Of a stretch of DNA of 32,000 nucleotides, positions 9,457 to 16,357 are shown piece by piece. The notes below the pieces were generated by a model. That model saw only the letters and a list, made by a program, of their open reading frames with translations, did no database searches and was not told the DNA's origin. The first letter of the stretch is position 1, and each line of letters opens with the position of its first letter. The position numbers and the translations under genes are program-made. This DNA comes from Candidatus Electronema halotolerans. GTDB lineage: Bacteria; Desulfobacterota; Desulfobulbia; Desulfobulbales; Desulfobulbaceae. The DNA lies in assembly GCA_942493095.1 (NCBI GenBank), contig OW818675.1:2010001-2042000 (forward strand), in the 5' to 3' direction.

Positions 9457-10498
9457 CTCTCATCAATATATTTCCGTCAAGATACCCTTTTCCTCCTTCA
9501 AAAGTTACATGAAAAAGAAGTCTTCCTCTATCTAACTCTTTCATAGCTGATTTGTGTTCGGGCATATCAATTCGGCCTATAATTTCCTTTCCTACATTTA
9601 CGTTTATTTTAATAGTTGTCTTTCCTTGATTTTTCACATCTCGCTCAATTGAAAAGCTATTTCCATCATTCTCGTCATCTGAAATGAGTTTTAGAATATC
9701 TTGAAATGAAATAACGTATGCTTTGTCAAAAAACACCTGTAAATAAAAATGTCTGACATTGTACTTCTGTATCCATCTATTCACGAGAGCAATATCCTCC
9801 ATCTTGGGAGTAATGCTCAAATAATCTCTCTTGTGGAGAATTTTTATATTTTCTTTCAATCTTTTCAAAATTTCTGTCAGCTCTCTCAAATCTTGAGTTG
9901 AAGACCATGAGGGCCGCCTGAAATCAAGCTCTCGAAATGTCTCGTCTGTAGCTTCTTTTATAAGTCTGTAAATCTCCTTATTTTTTCTCTCAAGCAATTC
10001 TCCAAGAACGCCTTTCAATATTTTCTTGCGAATTTTCAAGCAGTTGTTTGTTGCATTCTTGTGCCTCTCATTCATGAACGCTGTGTATTTATCAATCAAA
10101 AAAGAACTTGATCGCACTTCTAAAGCCGCTACAGCCATTTTTACATGATTGTCATTGTAAATATCAACTTTCTTGTCTGAAAAATCAGAGCCTCTAAAGA
10201 TCAGGATATCTGGCTTTTTGCCTATATTATTAAGTTCACTTTGATATTCACTATAAAATTCTGCAAACCCATCGTCGCCTGCTGATATTGAATCAGATCG
10301 ACCATAGTGAACAGCAAAAAAGTCCTTAGAAAATTCGTTTATCGCTTTAAATACAATTTGTTCAGCCCAATCTCCCTGTTCTTTGTTAGTAAGAAATTCA
10401 GAGTTTGCCATAGTTGGTGGACGACCAGTGATTTTGATTTCAGTATCAATTTGAAGCGGGGACTTCTTTATAAGTTCCAGAATGTTGTCTTTATACAT
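9440..10498 (-). CDS. Putative type II restriction endonuclease, partner of the adjacent methyltransferase; family not identifiable by eye (possibly AccI-like)
   Basis: The 352-aa AT-rich ORF is translationally overlapped with the methylase. A candidate PD-(D/E)XK-like core is KKPD97ILIF ... ALE127VR129SS. The ATG at 10498 is 3 nt from the stop of the upstream kinase gene. Confidence 0.55.
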   Translation of the reverse strand: MYKDNILELIKKSPLQIDTEIKITGRPPTMANSEFLTNKEQGDWAEQIVFKAINEFSKDFFAVHYGRSDSISAGDDGFAEFYSEYQSELNNIGKKPDILIFRGSDFSDKKVDIYNDNHVKMAVAALEVRSSSFLIDKYTAFMNERHKNATNNCLKIRKKILKGVLGELLERKNKEIYRLIKEATDETFRELDFRRPSWSSTQDLRELTEILKRLKENIKILHKRDYLSITPKMEDIALVNRWIQKYNVRHFYLQVFFDKAYVISFQDILKLISDDENDGNSFSIERDVKNQGKTTIKINVNVGKEIIGRIDMPEHKSAMKELDRGRLLFHVTFEGGKGYLDGNILMRDVIDA

Positions 10499-10501
10499 CT
10501 C

Positions 10502-13500
10502 TTACTCCTGCACTTCTGCCACCATCTGCCCTGATGCCATGCTGCGAATCAGTTCAATTGCCTCATCTTCCTTGAACGGCTTGGTCATAAAGCCGCGTGC
10601 GCCAAGCTGAGATGCCTTTTCCCGGTACTTGTCCGCACTGCGCGAAGTAAGCATGACCACTGGAATATCCTGAAATTCCGGCTGGCTCTGCAAGGCTTGC
10701 AGCACCTCAAAACCATTCATGCGCGGCATTTCCACATCCAGCAAGACCAAATCAGGCCGCTCTTCGCGGATGCGCTCCAACGCCTCAATGCCGTTGCGGG
10801 CCACACTCGGCAGCCAGCCCTGCTGGATCAAGAAATTGGAAACCACTTTGCGCACACTGATAGAGTCGTCAACCACCAACACGTGCAGCGATTTCTCCTC
10901 AACCTGCTCTTCAATCGCCGCCTCAACCTCAGCCGCAGACAGCTCAGTCCATTTGGTCAGCAGATCATCAGTTTGCAAAATCGGCACCAAGGACCCCTCA
11001 CCCATAATGGTCATCCCGGCAATGCACGAAACATTGTGCAGATGACTGCCCAAGTCCTTGAAAACAATGTCCCGCTGGCCAATGATCTGCTCGCAGAACA
11101 GAGCTGCTTGACGGCTGCCAGCCCGGATGAGCAGCACGGCCTGCTCGCTTTCCGGCAGCAGGTCAGCGGCCTGCCCAAGATGAAAACCAGCGATGGCGGC
11201 GGGATTAATCAGGGGTAGCCGCTTGCCGCTCTCTGTTTCATAATGGCTGCCAGCGATGTCCTCTGGCCGTATCCGGGCCGCGCTGTTGATGTCGTGCATC
11301 GGCACAGCATATATCTGTCCGGCCAGCCGGACAAGAACCGCCTGGAGCTGGGCCACGGCCACAGGCAGGCGAATGAACAGCTCCAAGCCCTGCCCTTGGA
11401 CAGAAGAAATTTCCACCGAGCCATTGAGCAGCTCGACCGCGTCGCGCACCACATCCATGCCCACGCCCCGGCCTGCAATGCCGCTGATCGTGCCTGCGCT
11501 GGAAAAGCCGTGCCGGAAAATCAGGCTGGCTAATTTTTCCTCGCTCATGCCGCTGACGTTCTCCAGCGGATAGAGCTTCATGCCCTTGGCCCGAATGGCC
11601 TCGTAATTCAAGCCCTTGCCATCATCCTTGATCCGCAGGGAGAATTGGCCGCCACGCCGCTCGGCCTTGATCTCCACGGTAAGCTGCCGGTCCGAGTTGC
11701 CGCCGTGGGCCACCGAGTTGCGGAGAATGTGCATCAGCGCGTCCGCCATCGTGTCCCAGACGCGGGTGTCCATCATAATGGACTCGCCTTCAATGACTAA
11801 CTGGGCTGGATTGCCGGTGCTGCGCTCGGCCTCGCGCACAGTGCGGTGCATCCGGGCCGAGAGCACGGACAGCGGGGTCATGCGCAGGCCGATCATCCGG
11901 TTTTGAATATCCTTGAGAACCCGCGCCTGCCGCTCAACCGTCTTCTGCCAAGCAACATTCTCCAGCGCGCTCTGGTTCATGATCGAATCCAAGTCGCTGA
12001 CCGCCTCGCTCAGAGAGCGGATGAGGATGTTCAGCTCGGAGTAGCGGTCCATCTCCAGCGGATCAAAATCCTCAGCAATACCGCCTTGGCCGGAGTCGCC
12101 CATGCCGCGCAGGTATGGAATCGTAGCTAATTCGTAGCCTGCCTCCAAGCTGTGATTGATGCTCTTCAGCCGCTGGAGAATCATGCCCAGCTCATTGAGG
12201 GTGCCGCCCATCGCCGACATTGAGGCTTCAAAACTGCTCAGGTTGATGACCATGTCGCCGCTCAGGCCGACCACTTGGTCAATCTTGCTGATCTCAACGC
12301 GCAGGGTGTTGACCTTCCGCACCCCGCTGACCTGCTGCTCATGAGCCGACACTGACGGAACCGGCTCGTCGGCTGATTCAGCCTGCTCCGGCGGCAGCGG
12401 CACTGCCTCGCCAGCCATGATGCTGCGGAACTTGGCGGCAACCGTCTCCTTTCCCTCGGCAAAGTCGCCTGCCGGTTTTTCGGTAATTCTGACCAAGAGG
12501 TCTGCGCCGTCCTGCATGGCAGCCACAGCCTGCGGCCCAAGCGTCGGCGATTCATCGTGCAGCCAGTCGAGATAATCCTCAAACTGATGCCCCCAAGCAG
12601 CGACCGGCTCAATGCCGATTACCGCAGCAGCTCCTTTCAGGGTATGCACCGAGCGGCGCAGCGAATGCAGCGGTTCCCGCAGTGAATCAGAAAGCGGGGT
12701 TTCGGCTGGCACTGCTGTGCGCAACTCCTTGAGCTGGAGGTCAATATTTTCTAAATGCTCGCCGGTTTCCTCAGCAAAGCAGGCCAGCAGTTCGGGATCA
12801 ATCGCTTCCTCGGCAGGCTCCGCAGCTTCGGCAAAGAGGCTGTCGCTGTCATTATCGTCGGCAAAAAGATCGTCAAAGAGCGGCTCATCCTCCTCAGCCT
12901 GATCTTCTCTTGTTTCAGCAAAGAAAATGTCCTCTTCTGCTGCGGAAGGCAGGTCCTCCGTTTTTTCCGGCGGCGCAGCAGAAGAAGACGAAACGGTCTC
13001 AGAGGCAGTTTGAGGCGGGGCGGTCATCACAGCTTGAAAGCGGGCGGCAAGCTCCTCCTGCTCGGCTATCACGTCAGCGGCGGGATTTTCTGCCAGCCGG
13101 GCGAGAACGTCCGCGCTGTCCTGCATGATTTCAACAGCTTGCGGCCCCAGCGTCGGTGATTCGTCGTGGAGCCAGTCGAGATAATCCTCAAAATGATGGC
13201 CCCAAGCAGCGACCGGCTCAATGCCGATTACTGCCGCAGCTCCTTTCAGGGTATGCACGGAACGGCGCAGCGAATGCAGCGGTTCTCGCAGCGAATCAGA
13301 AAGCGGAGTCTCGGCTGGCACTGCTGTGCGCAACTCCTTGAGCTGGAGGTCAATATTTTCTAAATGCTCTCCTGTCTCCTCAGCAAAGCATTCCAGTAGT
13401 TCGGGATCAATCGCTTCCTCGGCAGGCTCCGCAGCTTCGGCAAAGAGGCTGTCGCTGTCATTATCGTCGGCAAAAAGATCGTCAAAGAGCGGCTCATCCT

Positions 13501-15289
13501 CTTCAGCGACTGCGTCAGCAAAAAAAATGTCCTCTTCTGCTGCGGAAGGCAGGTCCTCCGTTTTTTCCGGCGGCGCAGCAGAAGAAGACGAAGCGGTTTC
13601 AGAGGCAGCTTGGAAGCGGGCGGCAAGTTCCTCCTGCTCGGCTGCCGTGTCAGCAGCAGGATTCTCTGCCAGCCGGGCAAGGATGTCCGCGCTGTCCTGC
13701 ATGATTTCAACAGCTTGCGGTCCCAGCGTCGGCGACTCATCGTGCAGCCAGTCGAGATAATCCTCAAACTGATGCCCCCAAGCAGCGACCGGCTCAATGC
13801 CGATTACTGCCGCCGCTCCTTTCAAGGTATGCACCGAGCGGCGCAGCGAATGCAGCGGTTCCCGCAGCGAATCAGAAAGCGGGGTTTCGTCTGTCACTGC
13901 CGCTTTCATTTCCCGGAGCTGCTGATCAATATTTTCTAAATGCTCTCCAGTTTCCTCAGCAAAGCAGGCCAGCAGCTCAGGATCAACCGCTTCTGTGCCG
14001 CTGTCCTCAGTGTTTTTCTCAGCAGGAGCAGGCGGCTCTGCCGGGCTGAACATATCTTTCGCCGCTGTTTCCGGCTCAGAGGAAAAAAGATCAGCAGCAG
14101 GATCGTCTGCCGCCTCTTGGTCGTCAGTAAAGAAATTGACAGAAGGCTCATCAGGAAGCAGCAGCTCTTCCGTCTCACCAGAAGCTGCATCGGTTGGCAC
14201 GTCTTCGCCGCTGCCCGAATCAGTCAGTTCATCGAAAAAAGTTGCAACAGCCTCTGTCTCTTTCTCTTCACTGAAAAGGTCTTCCACCACTGATTCTGCG
14301 GTGGACAAATCCTCTGCGGGCACCTGCTCAGATTGTTCAGACACTGGCGCAGCTTTTGCCGCAGGCTCTGCGCTGGTCATGATTTCTTGGAACCGCTCCA
14401 GCACAGCCTGCTCTTCCGCAGCCAAAGCAGAGGTGGAATCATCTGCCAGCCGGGCAAGGATGTCCGCGCCATCCTGCATGGCAGCCACAGCCTGCGGCCC
14501 CAATGTCGGCGACTCGTCGTGCAGCCAGTCGAGAAAATCCTCAAACTGATGGCCCCAAGCAGCGACCGGCTCAATGCCGATCACAGCTGCCGCGCCTTTG
14601 ATGGTATGCACGGAATGGCGCAGGGAATGGAGATGCTCGCGGAGCGGCTCGGACAGCGCGATTTCCGCCGTCACTGCCGTGCGCATTTCTTCAAGCTGAA
14701 GAGCGATGTTGTCTGCATGCTCCTCTGTTTCCTTGGCAAAACAGGCCAGCAGTTCAATATCAACAGCCTCATGACTCTGCTGCCCGTTCTCCAGCTCATC
14801 CTCCAGAAGGAGCACTTCCTCCTCAGACTCTTCGTCCGTCGGCGTGAGCAGCTGGTCAAGAATGCCGGCAATGCTGTCTGGAGCTGGCGCAGCCACCTTT
14901 TTCGGCGGCGCGGGTTGGAGCTTGGCCGCAAAAGCGGCGGCAAGATCAGCAGACAGTGCGCCGTCAGCCTGCTTTCCGGCCCGCCGCTCTTGGCAGAAAA
15001 ATTCCAGCCGGTCTGTGGCCGTGTGGAGCAGCGAGAGCAGCTCCTCATTCATGACCAGATCGCCAGACAAGACTTTTTCCATGGTTTTTTCCAGCAGCTC
15101 GCCAGCACTGCTCAAGCCGTCCAGCCCAATCATGGCCGCCGCGCCTTTGATGGTGTGGCTGATGCGGTGCAGCTCATCCGCCGCAGGCTGATCTGTCCGG
15201 TCAGCCCGCAGCACGTCCAAGCAGCGGCGCAGCTCCGGCAGATACCCTTCCAGCTCGTTCAGGAATTCAGCTATGATGCTTGCGTCCAT
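10502..15289 (-). CDS. ChpA/CheA-type hybrid histidine kinase (1595 aa): 5 x Hpt, dimerisation domain, HATPase, CheW-like domain and C-terminal REC
   Basis: There are five H-T-[IL]-K-G-A-A-A Hpt motifs (SHTIKGAAAMIG, VHTIKGAAAVIG, and 3 x VHTLKGAAAVIG). The N box is HILRNSVAHG, G1 is KDDGKGL and G2 is GRGVGMDVV. The CheW-like segment is QAVLVRLAGQIYAVPMHDI. The REC is LVVDDS...LVLLDVEMPRMNG...LTSRS...TKPF. Confidence 0.95.
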   Translation of the reverse strand: MDASIIAEFLNELEGYLPELRRCLDVLRADRTDQPAADELHRISHTIKGAAAMIGLDGLSSAGELLEKTMEKVLSGDLVMNEELLSLLHTATDRLEFFCQERRAGKQADGALSADLAAAFAAKLQPAPPKKVAAPAPDSIAGILDQLLTPTDEESEEEVLLLEDELENGQQSHEAVDIELLACFAKETEEHADNIALQLEEMRTAVTAEIALSEPLREHLHSLRHSVHTIKGAAAVIGIEPVAAWGHQFEDFLDWLHDESPTLGPQAVAAMQDGADILARLADDSTSALAAEEQAVLERFQEIMTSAEPAAKAAPVSEQSEQVPAEDLSTAESVVEDLFSEEKETEAVATFFDELTDSGSGEDVPTDAASGETEELLLPDEPSVNFFTDDQEAADDPAADLFSSEPETAAKDMFSPAEPPAPAEKNTEDSGTEAVDPELLACFAEETGEHLENIDQQLREMKAAVTDETPLSDSLREPLHSLRRSVHTLKGAAAVIGIEPVAAWGHQFEDYLDWLHDESPTLGPQAVEIMQDSADILARLAENPAADTAAEQEELAARFQAASETASSSSAAPPEKTEDLPSAAEEDIFFADAVAEEDEPLFDDLFADDNDSDSLFAEAAEPAEEAIDPELLECFAEETGEHLENIDLQLKELRTAVPAETPLSDSLREPLHSLRRSVHTLKGAAAVIGIEPVAAWGHHFEDYLDWLHDESPTLGPQAVEIMQDSADVLARLAENPAADVIAEQEELAARFQAVMTAPPQTASETVSSSSAAPPEKTEDLPSAAEEDIFFAETREDQAEEDEPLFDDLFADDNDSDSLFAEAAEPAEEAIDPELLACFAEETGEHLENIDLQLKELRTAVPAETPLSDSLREPLHSLRRSVHTLKGAAAVIGIEPVAAWGHQFEDYLDWLHDESPTLGPQAVAAMQDGADLLVRITEKPAGDFAEGKETVAAKFRSIMAGEAVPLPPEQAESADEPVPSVSAHEQQVSGVRKVNTLRVEISKIDQVVGLSGDMVINLSSFEASMSAMGGTLNELGMILQRLKSINHSLEAGYELATIPYLRGMGDSGQGGIAEDFDPLEMDRYSELNILIRSLSEAVSDLDSIMNQSALENVAWQKTVERQARVLKDIQNRMIGLRMTPLSVLSARMHRTVREAERSTGNPAQLVIEGESIMMDTRVWDTMADALMHILRNSVAHGGNSDRQLTVEIKAERRGGQFSLRIKDDGKGLNYEAIRAKGMKLYPLENVSGMSEEKLASLIFRHGFSSAGTISGIAGRGVGMDVVRDAVELLNGSVEISSVQGQGLELFIRLPVAVAQLQAVLVRLAGQIYAVPMHDINSAARIRPEDIAGSHYETESGKRLPLINPAAIAGFHLGQAADLLPESEQAVLLIRAGSRQAALFCEQIIGQRDIVFKDLGSHLHNVSCIAGMTIMGEGSLVPILQTDDLLTKWTELSAAEVEAAIEEQVEEKSLHVLVVDDSISVRKVVSNFLIQQGWLPSVARNGIEALERIREERPDLVLLDVEMPRMNGFEVLQALQSQPEFQDIPVVMLTSRSADKYREKASQLGARGFMTKPFKEDEAIELIRSMASGQMVAEVQE
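12500..14780. repeat. Tandem in-frame direct repeats encoding Hpt modules 2-5 plus acidic linkers (unit offsets 609, 576, 777 bp)
   Basis: The landmark ggctcaatgccgat recurs at about 12607, 13216, 13792 and 14569. Exact identity holds for 12789-12892 vs 13398-13501 (104 nt) and 12924-12992 vs 13524-13592 (69 nt). Plus-strand shadow ORFs at 12612 and 13221 have identical N-termini. Confidence 0.9.
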
Positions 15290-15322
15290 CTGCTTCTTCC
15301 TTCTTAGGCCAAGGATTGAACG

Positions 15323-15910
15323 TCATTGCAGCGCAAGTGAAGCCAGCAGCCTGCTGCCGTCAAAAAGCTGCAGCTCCTGAGTTTCCTCTCCGACCAGAAA
15401 CATGGCTGAACCTTGGAAAAAATCTGTGAGGGCGGCCGCCGGGCCGCTGGACGGGGCGGCAGGCTGCTCTGCGCCAATCTCCCGGTGCAGCATCCGGGTG
15501 CCGGTGATTTTGTCAACCATGACCGCAGTTCTCACCCCGCTGTCATGCAGCAGAATAAAGGTGCGGTTTTTTCTTGCAGTCCGACTGGTGAGCTTGAAAA
15601 AGACAGCGAGATTGGTGACAGAGACAATTTCGCCGCGAATATTGGTCACGCCCTCGACCCAGTCCGGGAGAAAAGGCAGCGGGCGCACTGTCTCCATCTC
15701 GCCGACTTCCAGCACCAAAGAAAGGGGCACGGCCAGATGGCGGCCCGCAAGCTGAAAACAGATGTGCCTGCCGATTTCCTCCCGCGCTGAAGCGACTGAA
15801 AATCTGTCTGTCTGGTTCTGCTCCTTGCGCAGCTCCTGGGCCAGCTCCGCATCAATGGCCGCAAGCAGGCTGCTCAGACTGGCATTCTCGCTGCTGTTCA
15901 GGACTGTCAT
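15323..15910 (-). CDS. cheW: CheW-like coupling protein (PilI-like position)
   Basis: CheW-domain pattern HICFQLAGRHLAVPLSLVLEVGEMETVRPLPFLPDWVEGVTNIRGEIVSVTNLAVFF. It ends 33 nt upstream of the kinase gene. Confidence 0.88.
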   Translation of the reverse strand: MTVLNSSENASLSSLLAAIDAELAQELRKEQNQTDRFSVASAREEIGRHICFQLAGRHLAVPLSLVLEVGEMETVRPLPFLPDWVEGVTNIRGEIVSVTNLAVFFKLTSRTARKNRTFILLHDSGVRTAVMVDKITGTRMLHREIGAEQPAAPSSGPAAALTDFFQGSAMFLVGEETQELQLFDGSRLLASLALQ

Positions 15911-15928
15911 TTCCCGCCAGAGATGAAA

Positions 15929-16294
15929 TCAGCCAAGATGAGTGTTCACCGCCTGCAGCAGCTCATCCGTATTAAAGGGTTTGGTCAGATACACATCCGC
16001 CCCTTGCCTCTTGCCCCAGAACTCATCCGACTTCTGGTTCTTGCTGGTCAGAAGAATGATCGGAGTTTTTTCCAAATCCGGCATGGACTTGATCGTCCGG
16101 CAGGCCTGAAAGCCGTTCATCTTCGGCATGACCACATCCAAGATGATCAGATCAGGATGTTCGGCCTTTGCCTTCTCCACCCCTTCCTCGCCGTCGGTTG
16201 CCGTGACCACGGTGTATTCCGGGCCGCTGAACACATCTGTGATCAGTTTCAGCTCAGTGGGGCTGTCATCAACTATTAGCAATTTTTTTGCCAT
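15929..16294 (-). CDS. Single-domain response regulator (CheY/PilH-like REC, 121 aa)
   Basis: REC signature LLIVDDSPTE ... LIILDVVMPKMNG ... LLTSKN ... YLTKPF. AAGGAAAGG lies upstream of the ATG at 16294. Confidence 0.93.
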   Translation of the reverse strand: MAKKLLIVDDSPTELKLITDVFSGPEYTVVTATDGEEGVEKAKAEHPDLIILDVVMPKMNGFQACRTIKSMPDLEKTPIILLTSKNQKSDEFWGKRQGADVYLTKPFNTDELLQAVNTHLG

Positions 16295-16357
16295 GTCGCC
16301 TTTCCTTGGAAAAAATTAAGGTTCACCTGTTTTTTTACGCTATGCTGCTCCGCAGTC

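Noticed and set aside
12612-13760. Two plus-strand ORFs (12612..12902 and 13221..13760) with identical N-termini, which at first look like a duplicated small gene
   Set aside because: The identity is a by-product of the 609-bp tandem Hpt repeat on the minus strand. Both are Ser/Ala-rich antisense frames.
12500-14780. Regular direct repeats considered as a possible CRISPR array or other non-coding array
   Set aside because: The units are 576-777 bp with no short repeat/spacer organisation. They are in frame within one continuous ORF and encode Hpt domains.
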